From contig OZ024746.1 of assembly GCA_964016885.1 (NCBI GenBank), positions 28,210,001-28,274,000 of the forward strand: DNA of 64,000 nucleotides. The letters are read 5' to 3'. The translations under genes and the position numbers were made by a program. The stretch comes from Eledone cirrhosa (taxonomy: Eukaryota). Shown here one piece after another: positions 32,568 to 46,885 of the stretch (position 1 is its first letter; each line of letters opens with the position of its first letter). The notes under the pieces were generated by a model. The model saw nothing but the letters and a program-made list of their open reading frames with translations, was not told the origin of the DNA and searched no databases.

Positions 32568-34399
32568 TCTATCTACATGTATACATGCACATATCAGATT
32601 TTTATAGAATATTAAGAAAGGGGAATGACGGAGTTAAAAATCCGATCGGTTCGATCTATTGGGTTATTATACTAATCCCCACCCCCCAACTCTATCCCCA
32701 CTCTTCAGAAATACAAATAGGGATTAGTATCTGGAACCAACTGATACATACTGAAATAAAAACAAACAGCCTTATTTGCACTCTAACATCTAACTCTAGA
32801 GATCAACAAATATTTGAGACCATTCCTTTCTTGTGTAATCCCTTCACCCCCCCGGGGAGTCAATATTACCACTCTACCATCTAACCCTTGAGACCATTCC
32901 TTTCCTGGGTAGTCCCACTACTCCCGGGAGTCGATGTCGATCACTTTAGGGATCCCTGGTCAATCTCATTCACTAAACGCTGTTGTGTTTACATATAGTT
33001 TTAGCGTTGATGACAAATAGAGAGTTGTGTTGTTCATGCCTCTCCGAAAGATAACGAATTAATGATATGTAGTGAGTAATAATAGTTAGTTATTGAATAA
33101 GTTCTTTATTGAATAAGTTCTTTATTTTACCGGAAGGTTACTGTACAAAAATAACACAACAAACATTATAACAAACAAGAATGGTATAACTGGCGACTGA
33201 ACAATGTCGATATACTCATGTGGGTGCATATATATATATACATACGTACAAACATACATACCATTATATGTATATATATATATATATATACATATATATC
33301 CATATGATTATATATAGATGCATACATAGACACATATGCATGATTATATGCATATATATATATATGCACACACATGCATATATATATGCACACACGTGCA
33401 TATATACATATATATACATATGATTATATGCATATATATATATAAATACATATGCATATATACACATATGCATATATATATACATATATACACATTCATA
33501 TACATATATACACATGCATATAAATACACACACACACATATAATATATATATATATACACACGCATATATGTGTGTGTGAGTCCTTCTAACCATAACAAT
33601 AACAGCAATAATAGTTTGTGGACATAGGAAAAAGCAGAGAGAGGCGATAATAACACAAAGAAAATATCTAAACGTCTCAAGTAAAAGAGATAAGAAAAGG
33701 TACTGTATAACAAAGAATAGTATTAGATTAGTTATGTCTTACCTGGCTGATGTTATTAGTAAGGTATGGTTGACACTCATTAATTGTTTGGGATTTAAGT
33801 TTCTGAGTTAAAAAGCTCAGCATAGTTACTGGTATCATAGGCAGACCTCAACTGCGCCAGACTTTCTTACAACACCAATAAACTAGGTGTGGTGGTAGTA
33901 GTAGTAGTAGTAATAGTAGTGGTAGTGGTTGGTAGTGGTAGTGGCAGTGTTTCTTTGGATAGCAGTGAGAGTTGTAATAGTGGAGGTGGTAGTGGTGAGA
34001 GTAAAGTGAGTGGTAGTGAGAGGTGTAGTTGCAGTGAAGTGGTGCTGACTGGCTGTCTGACTGACTGATTGAGTGATATACTACTACTGAATTGTAATAA
34101 GTGGTGGTGGTGAGAGTGATAGGGAAAAAAGGGTGATGGTGTTGAGAGAGTTACTACTGAATTGCAATAGGAAGTTGTGGTGAGAGGGATGGTAAGAGAC
34201 AGAGACAGGGTGACAGTGTAAAAGAGAAAGAGTGATATAATATAAGTGAAAGAGTAGTAGTGTGAGTGAGAGGAAGAGTTATAGATGTAAATAGAATGTG
34301 ATGAGGAGGGGGTAGTAAAAAAACGTGAAGTGGGGGTGATGGGCGTTGTTGCTGTGAGGGTTGTAGTGGGAGGTTTTCGTAGTAAGAAACGTGCTTTTC

Positions 34400-35276
34400 C
34401 ATGTAGTTGTAGTAGTAACGTTATTGATAGTAGTAGTAGTAGTAGTAGTAGTAGTAGCAGCAATGTTGTTGTAGTGGTTGTAGTTGTAGTGTAGAAGTAG
34501 TAATAACGTTATTGATATTATTAGTGGTAGAGGTTGTTGTTGCAGTAGTGGTGGTTGATATAGTAGTAGCGGTGGTAGTAGTAGTGGTTGTTGTTTCAGT
34601 AGTGGTTGTTGTTGCAGTAGTGGTGGTTGATATAGTAGTAGCGGTGGTAGTAGTAGTGGTTGTTGTTTCAGTAGTGGTTGTTGTTGCAGTAGTGGTGGTT
34701 GATATAGTAGTAGCGGTGGTAGTAGTAGTGGTTGTTGTTTCAGTAGTGGTTGTTGTTGCAGTAGTGGTGGTTGATATAGTAGTAGCGGTGGTAGTAGTAG
34801 TGGTTGTTGTTGCAGTAGTGGTGGTTGATATAGTAGTAGCGGTGGTAGTAGTAGTGGTTGTTGTTGCAGTAGTGGTGGTTGATATAGTAGTAGCGGTGGT
34901 AGTGGTTGTTGTTTCAGTAGTGGTTGTTGTTGCAGTAGTGGTGGTTGATATAGTAGTAGCGGTGGTAGTAGTAGTGGTTGTTGTTGCAGTAGTGGTGGTT
35001 GATATAGTAGTAGCGGTGGTAGTAGTAGTGGTTGTTGTTGCAGTAGTGGTGGTTGATATAGTAGTAGCGGTGGTAGTAGTAGTGGTTGTTGTTTCAGTAG
35101 TGGTTGTTGTTGCAGTAGTGGTGGTTGATATAGTAGTAGCGGTGGTAGTAGTAGTGGTTGTTGTTTCAGTAGTGGTGGTTGATATAGTAGTAGCGGTGGT
35201 AGTAGTAGTGGTTGTTGTTTCAGTAGTGGTTGTTGTTGCAGTAGTGGTGGTTGCAATAGTAGTGGTAGTAGTGGTT

Positions 35277-35329
<53 letters not shown>

Positions 35330-35372
35330 GGTAGTAGTTGTTGTAGTGGTAGTGGTGGTTGCAGTAGTAGTG

Positions 35373-35412
<40 letters not shown>

Positions 35413-35471
35413 TAGTAGTGGTGGTGGTAGTAGTAGTTGTTGTAGTGGTAGTGGTAACAGTGGTGGTGGTG

Positions 35472-35503
<32 letters not shown>

Positions 35504-36116
35504 TGTTGTAGTGGTAGTGGTAATAGTGGTGGTGGTGGTAATAGTAGTAGTAGTAGTGGTGGTGGTCGTAGTGTTGGTGGTAGTAGTAGTGGTGGTTGTA
35601 GTGGCGGTGGTAGTAGTAGTGGTGGTGGTGGTGGTGGTAGTGTTGGTGGTGGTGGTAGTAGTGGCGGTAGTGGTAGTGGTAGTAGTGGTGGTGGTGGTGG
35701 TGTTGGTGGTAGTAGTAGAGTGGTGGTGGTGGCAGTAGTGGCGGTGGTAGTAGTAGTTGTATCGATAGTAGTAGTAGTAGTAGTAGTGGTAGTAGTAGTG
35801 CTGGTAGTAGTAGTTGTTGTAGTGGTTGTGGTAATAGTGGTGGTGGTAGTAGTAGCAGTAGTAGTAGTAGTAGTAATAGTGGTAGTAGTAGTGACGGTTG
35901 CCGTAGTGTTGGTGGTAGCAGTAGTGGTGGTAGCAGTAGTGGTGGTAGTAGTAGTAGTGGTGGTGGTGGTGGTGGTGGTAGTAGTAGTGGTGGTGGTGGT
36001 AGTAGTGGTGGTAGTAGTAGTATTAGTAGTGGTGGTGGTGGTGGTGTTGATGTTGGCGGTAGTAGTAGTGGCGGTGGAGGTAGTAGTGGCGGTGGAGGTA
36101 GTAGTGGCGGTAGTAA

Positions 36117-36147
<31 letters not shown>

Positions 36148-36285
36148 GTTGGTGGTAGTAGTAGTGGTGGTGGCAGTAGTGGCGTTGGTAGTAGTAGTTG
36201 TATTAGTAGTAGTAGTAGTAGTAGTAGTAGTGTTAGTGATGGTAGTAGTAGAAGTAGTAGTAGTAGTAGTGGTAGTAGTAGTAGA

Positions 36286-36322
<37 letters not shown>

Positions 36323-36323
36323 A

Positions 36324-36360
<37 letters not shown>
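34400..36360. repeat. (GTA/GTG/GTT)n trinucleotide tract with 45-60-bp higher-order units at 34530-35260
   Basis: Repeated gttgcagtagtggtggttgatatagtagtagcggtggtagtagtagtggttgtt blocks within a triplet tract. Confidence 0.9.
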
Positions 36361-36399
36361 TTCCTTTACTGACCACAAGGTCCCAAGTCAGTGGACAAC

Positions 36400-36595
36400 A
36401 AGCGGACTTATATTTCACGTTACTCCAGTTCACTCAGCTGGCGAAACTGTGTTGTACCTTTGATTTAAAGGACCAGTCTTGTGACACTCTGTGTCACACT
36501 GAATCTCCCTGAGAACTACGTGTACCTTAATTTCACTAGCAGGCTGTTCCGTTGTTCGAAAAACTGTAACACTCGTCATCGAAACCGACGGAGAT
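36400..36595 (+). mobile_element. SINE family B body and tail
   Basis: tatttcacgttactccagttcactcagctggc...gtgacactctgtgtcacactgaatctccctgagaactacg...aaccgacggag. Confidence 0.7.
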
Positions 36596-36831
36596 CCAAC
36601 ACTCTCTATGTGTTTGTATGTGTGTATATGCAAATTGTGAACACAGCAATGTACTTGTACATGTAGCAATACGCATGAATGTGTGCCTGCAATGTTACAC
36701 ACTAACTACACAGTCATGTGTATCACACATGTCCATATACCCACCCCAACACTCACAAACACATACACATAAATATACACACAATCAGACACTATCACAC
36801 AGACACACGTATATATTTTCTTTCTCTCCCG

Positions 36832-36872
<41 letters not shown>

Positions 36873-36989
36873 TGTATATATATATACTGTATATATATAC
36901 TGTATATATATACTGTATATATATAAACACACACAGCCTGTATATATCCCCGTGTCTTGTGAGAGTTGAGCCGAGATATAGCATTATCT

Positions 36990-37130
36990 AGCATAGTTAC
37001 GGCCCTTGCCATTCTGAGTTCAAATCCCCGCCGAGGTTAACTTTGCCTTTCATCCTTACGGGGTCGATACAATAAAGTACCAGTAATGCACTGGAAAATT
37101 GCTGGCCTTGTGCCAAAAGTAGAAACAATT
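36990..37130 (+). mobile_element. 5'-truncated SINE family A
   Basis: Consensus match; tail-to-tail with 37329-37506. Confidence 0.85.
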
Positions 37131-37328
37131 ATACATATATATATATATAAACATAGTAATAATAACAAATGTGAAGATTAAAATCCAAAGAGGGCTCGAT
37201 AAGGATAAATATATATATCAAATATATAAGAACCGTAGTTTCAGAAGATCCCGTTAAGGGGTGAAGGCAGCGATTCTTTGCTTAAACTTTAATCTGTAAT
37301 TTTAATATATATATATTGGAAAAGTAAA

Positions 37329-37506
37329 TAACTGTTTCTACTTTAGGCACAAGGCGAGCAATAAACCAGTGCATTACTGGTACTTTATTTTATCGACCCC
37401 GTAAGGATGAAAGGCAAAGTCAACCTCGGCGGGATTCGAACTCAGATCGTAAAGGGACGTAACTATGCTGGAAAGCATGGCGTCCGACCCTCTACCGATA
37501 CTGCCA
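37329..37506 (-). mobile_element. SINE family A
   Basis: Reverse-complement consensus match. Confidence 0.9.
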
Positions 37507-37598
37507 AACAACAGCAAGGAGTACAGTTGCGAAAGGTGTTAGGTATTAGGTTGACGCTTGCGAGTGAGAGGGTGGGGGACGACGTTTATATATTTATA

Positions 37599-37641
<43 letters not shown>

Positions 37642-38029
37642 GAATGCTATATCTCGGGTCAAATCTAATGAGACACAGGGATATATACAGGGTCAACTCT
37701 CACAAGACACAAGGATATATCTTTGATCAGCTCTCACAAGACAAAGGGATATATCATGGATCACCTTTCACGAAACAGGTATATATCTAGTGTCAAGTGT
37801 CATGAGACACAGTGTTAGCCCTAAACTCCAGTCACTTCTCATGGCATACAGATACGAAACAGCTATTTTTAAACTGTCTCCACTCACAACAGTTACTGAG
37901 ATAGCTGTGATATGACCACAGCTTAAATAACCCATGTCAGCACTTAACCATTATATGTGCTTCCATAAACATACACTATATGCTCCCATATATACCTCTT
38001 TTCTAGATGGCGCTGTGTTAGTGCTACCC

Positions 38030-38331
38030 GCAACTTGGTGCAGTCTGCGACAAACCCAGGTTCTGCTGCACGTCGGGCTGAGTAGGCCAAATTCTCCAAA
38101 TACCGGTCGCTCTCCGACAGGTTTGCGGTCGTACCTTTGGCAGTGGAGACTTCTGGTGTCCTCGGCCCTAGGGCTACCTCCCTACTCACCACCATAGGCG
38201 CTGAGCTGGCCAGTCGCAGGTGTGAGGCTCGCGAGTTGGAATGGCTTTTCCAGCGCGTCTCCCTTGCCATCCTCCGGGGAAACGCCTTCGCCATTCCGTC
38301 CGCCGGGGCTGTGGGGAGGTCACCGATATGA
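38030..38331 (+). mobile_element. CRE-like non-LTR retrotransposon C-terminal (restriction-like endonuclease) fragment
   Basis: GC-rich island translating PGSAARRAE*AKFSKYRSLSDRFAVVPLAVETSGVLGPRATSLL...WLFQRVSLAILRGNA. Carries the K..KY, P.A.ET.G and QR.S.A..RGNA motifs of CRE-clade elements; one in-frame stop. Confidence 0.75.
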
Positions 38332-38685
38332 TTGACTGACTTGTCATTTTATCAGTCAACTGTTGCTGTCGTTAACATCTGTCAGTCTGTTATACACTAG
38401 ACGTGTAACTAATTCAAGATTTTCAGTTGCTGCAGATAAAGAATAATACCCCGTCAAGGTCGCACTATATGAAAATGAGCATCACCATAAATATATTCTT
38501 TGTAAATCCATATATGCGCCTATCTCGGTACTCAGTGTGTAAACGCAACTGATGAAGGATAAATATGCTGAAATGCTATTTAAAATAGTGTCTGGAGTTC
38601 TATCACTGTAACTGATGTAGCAGTGACGGGATCACAGTATCAAATACCTACAACGAATCTTATGTAAGTGTGTGTGTATGTGTGT

Positions 38686-38790
<105 letters not shown>

Positions 38791-38947
38791 CTATTTGTGT
38801 AAGGTTGCTTCACGACTGTGTCACAGTGAGTTCGCTATGATTTCAGGTTTTCACACCTGTTATTATTGATCAAGGCCCGTGTCAGACACGATCGGAATAA
38901 AAGTGGATGCTTCTATGCATTTAATGTATCAATCTAATCTAATTTCC

Positions 38948-39039
<92 letters not shown>

Positions 39040-39271
39040 GTATATATATATTTAATGGGGATTTAGATCGATACAATGTTAAAATCATAGAAGCCATGGA
39101 AATAATGATTCCGTCCTTGCTTCCTACAGAACTGTTCAATGATAACACGGGCGAAGTGGAGATCATGTTACAAAGAAAAATCAGTGCGATATGTTCATAG
39201 CATGGATATATACTATACATATATAAAAAATACAAGGACGATTTGTTATGCCTTCATTACGTTTATTGATT

Positions 39272-39352
39272 GGTGACGCACGTTTCGCTATTGATCAGCT
39301 CAAAGTTCGATCTTCACCCTCTGGCCCGACTCTGGAATCAAAAGCTCGTCGG
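39272..39352 (-). ncRNA. Variant hammerhead motif (CCGACGA core, long stem II), family H7
   Basis: Minus strand: CCGACGA-gcttttgatt...gatcaatagc-GAAA-cgtgcg-TC-acc...aataaa. Homologues at 50956-51040 and 3745-3825. Confidence 0.55.
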
Positions 39353-39385
39353 AGAATTGGTGTTGTAATGACAGAGTGATCCGCT

Positions 39386-39433
<48 letters not shown>

Positions 39434-39442
39434 ATATATGTA

Positions 39443-39497
<55 letters not shown>

Positions 39498-39506
39498 ATA
39501 TATGTA

Positions 39507-39603
<97 letters not shown>

Positions 39604-39605
<2 letters not shown>

Positions 39606-40490
39606 TGTTATACTTTGGGAGGGTCATGTTGCCAATAAGAAACACACGCACCAGTTGCTTCACTTCAATTTATTATATATTTATAAATTTATAAATTTAC
39701 AAGTCTACAAACTTATAAATTTCTGGTTGGTTGGTTGGTTCCACAACCAGATAGTTGTTTATATATATAGTCATAGTCCTTTCGTCACACACTCTGTGAC
39801 CTCTTCAGTGACTGGGGATTCCTTTCTTCTCTTCGTTTCTGTGCCTTTTCTTTCTTCTATCCTACGCCATTTTGTTTCTGTGTGCGTGTTGTGTGCTCAG
39901 TTTGCGCATGTGCCACATCCGGGTGTCTGTGTGTGTTTGTGTTCATTTTTCTATTTGTTTATTTATTTATTTATTTATTGTTGGTTGGTTGTTTGTTCTA
40001 TGTGTGTGTGTGTTTTCATTTTCTCCTGTATGTGTTTTCATTTTGTGTGTGTTTTCAATTGTAAGTTGTTTGTTCTATGTGTGTGTGTGTTTTCATTTTG
40101 TCCTTAATTGTAAGTTGTGATGTTGCTGTTCCACTCATATTTTCTATTTAAAACAAAATGGCGTAGGATAGAAGAAAGAAAAGGCACAGAAACGAAGAGA
40201 AGAAAGGAATCCCCAGTCACTGAAGAGGTCACAGAGTGTGTGACGAAAGGACTATGACTATATATATATAAACAACTATCTGGTTGTGGAACCAACCAAC
40301 CAACCAGAAATTTATAAGTTTGTAGATTTGTAAATTTATAAATTTATAAATATATAATAATTTGAAGTGAAGCATTTGGTGCGTGTGTTTCTTATTGGCA
40401 ACATGACCCTCCCAAAGTATAACAATATCGGTTTCAACACACGATTTCAGATAAAGAATCTTGCTAAACAAATTCAGAAACGAAATATTT
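39604..40490. mobile_element. Inverted pair of hammerhead-bearing element family H5
   Basis: Arms ~39604-39874 and ~40150-40425 are near-perfect reverse complements around a GT-rich spacer; (TA)n on both sides. Confidence 0.85.
40215..40259 (+). ncRNA. Minimal type I hammerhead ribozyme motif
   Basis: agtca-CTGAAGA-g-GTCACA-gagtg-TGTGAC-GAAA-ggact-a-tgact. Stem I agtca/tgact, CUA triplet. Confidence 0.75.
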
Positions 40491-40654
40491 ATATATATAT
40501 ATATATATATAAGCAACTGGGAATATTCAATTTGTTGGTAATTCAACAAATATAAATGTTTATAACTGATTCATAGCACTCGACAAGTTTTCTGGAGTAT
40601 AATATTCAATGATATTAAATAAATGGAAACTATATTTATAAAACTATATTTATT

Positions 40655-40710
40655 CTATTATATATATTTCAAGGTACCAAAACTTTGGTACGCTCTCATC
40701 AGATAAAATA
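40655..40710 (-). ncRNA. Hammerhead motif, family H2
   Basis: Minus strand: CTGATGA-gagc-GTACCAAA-gt-TTTGGTAC-ctt-GAAA-tatata. Confidence 0.7.
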
Positions 40711-40819
40711 CAAAGTTTGTTTTATAAATATTGACTTAACCAAGAAAAAATACCTTAAAATATATATAATAGAATAAATATGGTTTTATAAATATAGTTT
40801 CCTTTTATTTAATATCATT

Positions 40820-40864
40820 GTATATATATATATATATGTATACATACATATATATATGCATATG

Positions 40865-40918
<54 letters not shown>

Positions 40919-40980
40919 TATATATATATATGCATATATATGCATATGTACATGTATATATATATATATATTTATATATA

Positions 40981-41034
<54 letters not shown>

Positions 41035-41060
41035 TGTATATATGCATATATATATATATA

Positions 41061-41107
<47 letters not shown>

Positions 41108-41130
41108 ATATATGCATATATATATATATA

Positions 41131-41194
<64 letters not shown>

Positions 41195-41530
41195 TATATA
41201 TATATATATATATATATATACATTCATATGGATAGATGTATAAATATATATATATATATAAATATTGTCAGTATATCTGCACGTGTGTAAGTGTCTGTGT
41301 ATGTGTGTGTGATAAAGTTCTATGAATGTTTTTGTTTTTATTATCTCCAGCAGCCTCGTTCTGAGAACTTTCCCGCCCAAGATTACGTCATCTGTGAAAG
41401 TCATCTTTCATTTGCTGTGCGAAAACTATCACCAGCAGCAGCGCTAGTAGTAGAACTTTCTACTACACTACTTACTACACGTGAGTGTGTATGTATATAT
41501 ATATATACATATATATATACATATAGATAA

Positions 41531-41619
<89 letters not shown>

Positions 41620-41658
41620 CATATATATATACATATATAGATACATATATATATATAC

Positions 41659-41723
<65 letters not shown>

Positions 41724-41733
41724 CATACATATA

Positions 41734-41792
<59 letters not shown>

Positions 41793-41845
41793 ATTTATAT
41801 ATATATATATACATACATATATATATATATATATTTATATATATT

Positions 41846-41882
<37 letters not shown>

Positions 41883-41891
41883 ATTTATATA

Positions 41892-41944
<53 letters not shown>

Positions 41945-41954
41945 ATTTATATAT

Positions 41955-42024
<70 letters not shown>

Positions 42025-42031
42025 TTATATA

Positions 42032-42096
<65 letters not shown>

Positions 42097-42169
42097 TTAT
42101 ATATATTTATATATATACATATACATACATATATATATATATATTTATATATATATATATACATACATA

Positions 42170-42205
<36 letters not shown>

Positions 42206-42210
42206 CATAC

Positions 42211-42301
<91 letters not shown>

Positions 42302-42310
42302 TATATATAT
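40820..42310. repeat. (TA)n microsatellite tracts (40820-41260 and 41490-42310)
   Basis: Directly visible. Confidence 0.95.
41351..41480 (+). other. Candidate internal exon (130 nt, product unknown)
   Basis: Polypyrimidine tract tttttgtttttattatctccAG before and GTGAGT after. One open frame ([43 protein letters not shown]). Unique sequence between TA tracts. Confidence 0.3.
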
Positions 42311-42311
42311 A

Positions 42312-42625
42312 CATTGTACCCACGGCATACGTGGTGTCGGTTATTCGCGAAAATTTTTCTTAGAACCTAATTAATAAATAATTGTTCGTGGAAACCACCG
42401 CATATTCGCGGAATCGTAAATAGCTTTCGCTATGTTTTTATGGCTTCTTCCGTGGCAATATATATCTTTTGAAGCTTTTTAACGATAAATTGTTAATAAT
42501 AATATACCGTATTTGCCGGCCTATATTTTCTGTCATGTTTTGTCGTTTATAGGCATTTTTATAGACGAACTCCAGCATTCGCGGGGGCTTTAGGATGTAA
42601 CCGCCGCGAATACCGGGGACAACTG
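42312..42625. mobile_element. Tc1/pogo (Tigger-like) MITE
   Basis: Imperfect TIRs cattgtacccacggcatacgtgg / ccgcgaataccggggacaactg flanked by TA on both sides; internal ttcgcg repeats. Confidence 0.6.
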
Positions 42626-42627
42626 TA

Positions 42628-42695
<68 letters not shown>

Positions 42696-42736
42696 ATATG
42701 TATATATATATATGTGAATCGCTACATACACACACA

Positions 42737-42785
<49 letters not shown>

Positions 42786-42977
42786 TATATATATATATAT
42801 ATACGTAGGTCCCGGGTTGAGTCGGGGATAACCACAGTAAGTAAGGTACTCAATACATGGCAGAGTAAATTTTTTTTATTTTATAGAAGGAGCTTCTACA
42901 GGACTAGTACTGTTTCATTCATAGATATAGATAGATATAGATAGATATAAATATTGATAATATATATATAAATATTG

Positions 42978-43028
<51 letters not shown>

Positions 43029-43388
43029 TAAAGATAAATGTACCAAAATATACGGTAGTGTCCAATCCGTATGAAGATTCAATGTAATCCAAATATCATG
43101 AAAAGAGAAGATGTATTCAAAAATTTTTTCGATGAAAATGCCAGGAAAACAGAGTCAAGATAAATTAATAAAAACAATGAATAAAAACAAAGAAACAGTT
43201 CCTTATATTAAAAAATTCATCATTTTACGATCGTTTCTAGGATATATATGTGTGTGTTGGTATGTATATCATATAGATCTATGTAAAGATTTTACAAACT
43301 ATCAGAGAAAATATACATACCTACACATATATATGCTGTCTTCAGAAATAATTGTGTGTGTGTGTAGATATATATGCATATATATATA

Positions 43389-43463
<75 letters not shown>

Positions 43464-43644
43464 TATATCTACACACACACACACAAATAAACATATATAT
43501 ATATATATTTGTAGTAAGGTTGTTGGATGCGTCCATAGGCGGTATGTCGGTTGAAAACTCTATGCCGCTGCGGAGCAGAGTATGATAATATGGAAAACGA
43601 AGTATCACTGATGCATCGGAACACAATTTATTAAGTATTACAAC

Positions 43645-44191
43645 TGTATAATAAAGTTGTAGTTCCTGTCTGTTTGTTTGTTTGTTTGTTCACGAACTCC
43701 TCCTATGGTTTTGGAGATAGACCCCTATAACCATATATATTCTGAAACTACATTGCCCAGGGTACTTGGATAAGTATATTTCATTTTAATTAAAGAGTTC
43801 CCCGGGGGCACAATACCCCACTGAAAATCTTTTCCCTTCGCGTTATATGAAATTTAAACCGGTTTTGGAGATAGACCCCCATAACCATATATATTCTGAA
43901 ACTACATTGCCCAGGGTACTCGGATAAGTATATTTCATTTTAATCAAAGGGTTCCCAGGGGCACAAAATCCCGCTGAAAATTTTATCCCTTCGATTTATA
44001 TTAAATTTAAACCATAGGTAAATGACAAGATATGATGCCTATCCACAAAATTTCAGCAAATTTCAATAATATTAAGACACCCTAATGGAGTTTTTCTCCA
44101 TAAATTATATCACTGATTTAAAATCAATCACCATTTTCTTGCAAAAATAAAATTTTGTGAAACGCAGCAAAGCGTGAGTAATTCGGTTAGT
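43645..44191 (+). mobile_element. Non-autonomous Helitron-like element
   Basis: 5' tatataataaag plus (GTTT)n; internal 154-bp tandem duplication (43707 and 43861); 3' short hairpin acgc-agcaaa-gcgt followed by a CTAG-like ttagt. Confidence 0.55.
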
Positions 44192-44208
44192 ATGTCACCC
44201 TCCCATTC

Positions 44209-44267
<59 letters not shown>

Positions 44268-44419
44268 GCATGCATAATATAGTCTAATAACAGGGCATAT
44301 GATGCCCCATAACTGAATGGGAAATAAAACCATAGCTGTTATACGGATAAATACTTGGTAAAACCCTTACGGAGTGTCCACTCCGTTTCGACTGACCTGC
44401 AAGTTGACTGGTTTTGAAC

Positions 44420-45030
44420 TACCTCTAAACCACCAACCTCCACTACCACCGAAACCAACACTTCCGCTAACATAACCACTACCTCAACCACAACCATCAC
44501 CATCATCACCACTTCTGACACCATCGTGACCACCACAACCGCAACACTATCAGCATCATGAACAACATCACCACAACCTCAACATTATCATCACCACCAC
44601 CGACATCATTTCCGCCACCAACAACTCCACCAACAACACTACCAACAATAACAACAAACAACACTACCAATATTATCACCCCCCCCCCCACCACTAAACA
44701 CCACCAACCACCACCAAAACCACCACCACTATCATCATCATGATCACCTCCTCTAACAACAACACCAACACTACTACCACCACCATCATCACCATCGTCA
44801 ACACCGCCACCAGGAACATTACCACCATTACTAACACCACTACAACCTCTATTACCACCTCCACCACTACCACCAACCCTTCTTCTACCACCATCACCAC
44901 TACCAGCACAACTATCACTACCACCAAAAGAACTATCACCACTACCACCACAACTATCACCACCACCACCAAAACAACTACCACAACTACCATCACCACC
45001 ACTTCATTCAACCACCATCACCATTATTAC
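44420..45030. repeat. Degenerate (ACC/ACT/AAC)n tract
   Basis: Directly visible. Confidence 0.85.
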
Positions 45031-45145
45031 TATTTTTTGCCAGAATAGGTAGAGCGTCGGCAAAATGCTTTGCGGTATTTAGTTACGAATATTTTCAGTT
45101 TGAGTTCAAATGTCGTTTTTATCTTTCCACGGTTGATGAAATAAC

Positions 45146-45325
45146 TGTTTCTACTTTAGGCACAAGGCCAGCAATTACCCAGTGCATTACTGGTACTTTA
45201 TTTTAGCGACCCCGTAAGGATGAAAGGAAAAGTCAACTTCGGCGGGATTTGAACTCAGATCGTAAAGGGACGTAACTATGCTGGAAAGCATGACGTCCGA
45301 CCCTCCACCGATACTGCCAATCCAC
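45146..45325 (-). mobile_element. SINE family A inserted into an older related SINE (45040-45360, +)
   Basis: TSD ttgatgaaataac on both sides. The host has tgagttcaaat upstream and ataaagtaccagtaa downstream. Confidence 0.8.
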
Positions 45326-45470
45326 GTTTGATGAAATAACATAAAGTACCAGTAATCTGCGGGGTTAGAAACAATCTAGTTTTCTTTACACTAACTCATA
45401 TTGTTGGATTTGTAACAAAATTCAAAATTACTATATTTAGTGCACCCCCTCTCTCTCTCTGTATATATAT

Positions 45471-45529
<59 letters not shown>

Positions 45530-45720
45530 ACGAAGGAAATGTGGTAAGGAACCAGGTGGACCATAACGCACCAAAGTACTCAATACTTGGGGTAGTAGAG
45601 TGGGTAATAGGAACCAGTAAGACCCCGATGGCTGAGCTCAAGCTGTTTCGACGGCTAATTCTGGGAATTAGCCGTCGAGACGGCTTGAGCTCAGCCGTCG
45701 GGGTCTTACTGGTTCCTATA
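45530..45720 (-). mobile_element. Fold-back element family H9
   Basis: 55-bp hairpin 45607-45719 plus a unique tail. Homologues at 50620-50832, 20716-21070, 2454-2590, 1785-1872 and 21395-21470. Confidence 0.8.
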
Positions 45721-45769
45721 TATATATATATATATATATATAGTCCTCTCTCTTTAACTCTTTCCACTT

Positions 45770-45849
<80 letters not shown>

Positions 45850-46226
45850 CATATATAGATGTGTGTGTGTGTGTATCTATCTATCTCTTGTATGTGAGAC
45901 ACTAGTGATTGGATGGTTTCATCCATTAGACTGGTCTCATGGTAAGGCACCTTACTTATTTTATCGATTACGTTTTATCGAACCCTTAAGTAACGGTCAA
46001 ATACACATCATGTGTTCTCAAATGACAATTCCCGGTTCAATATCATATATGATTTATTAACACTCTGTGAAATTACATGTATTCAATTTATTGGACTTTA
46101 CCCTACCGATTATACCGCGGATGTATTTGCTCTTTTTAATTGCTGATTATACAAACACATTGAGCTTTAAATCATCTTGTCATATCGCAATAAAGTCGAT
46201 CTCTCGACTTGTCAAACTTGTGTCTG

Positions 46227-46265
<39 letters not shown>

Positions 46266-46287
46266 TATATATATATATTAATATATG

Positions 46288-46468
46288 TGGATTGGCAGTA
46301 TCGGTAGAGGGTCGGACGCCATGCTTTCCAGCATAGTTACGTCCCTTTACGATCTGAGTTCAAATCCCGCCGAGGTTGACTTTGCCTTTCATCCTTTTAC
46401 GGGGTCGATAAAATAAAGTACCAGTAATGCACTGGGTAATTGCTGGCCTTGTGCTTAAAGTAGAAACA
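46288..46468 (+). mobile_element. SINE family A
   Basis: Consensus match; inserted in (TA)n. Confidence 0.9.
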
Positions 46469-46757
46469 AATATATATATTTATATATATGTATCTATATA
46501 TCTATATATATATATATATATATATATATTCATATTTATATGAGTGTGTGTGGGTGTCAGGCTGCTCTCGAGCACTACTGCTAACATGTATCCTAATACA
46601 ATCTGGCGCAGGTCCGTGACTTAACTGGCAACCCAACCAAGTTTGCTTGGTTTAGGATGGAGATTTTGAAAAAAACTGTAGGACGAAAAACAAGACATGA
46701 CACAGGGTGGAGGAACTTATGTGAGTCAACGGCCATCCAATAATGGGATCTTAGTAA

Positions 46758-46885
46758 GGGTGGTGGATTGGCAGTATCGGTAGAGGGTCGGACACCATGC
46801 TTAGAAGCCTAGAGTTACGGCCCTTTATGATCTGAGTTCAAATCCCGCCGAGGTTAACTTTGCCTTTCATCCTTGCGGGGTCGGT
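46758..46885 (+). mobile_element. 3'-truncated SINE family A
   Basis: Head, A and B boxes, and part of the body. Confidence 0.8.

Noticed and set aside
34279-36463. Mucin-like poly-T/P/L/Q and poly-V ORFs
   Set aside because: Trinucleotide tract open in several frames; no signal peptide, domain or splice support.
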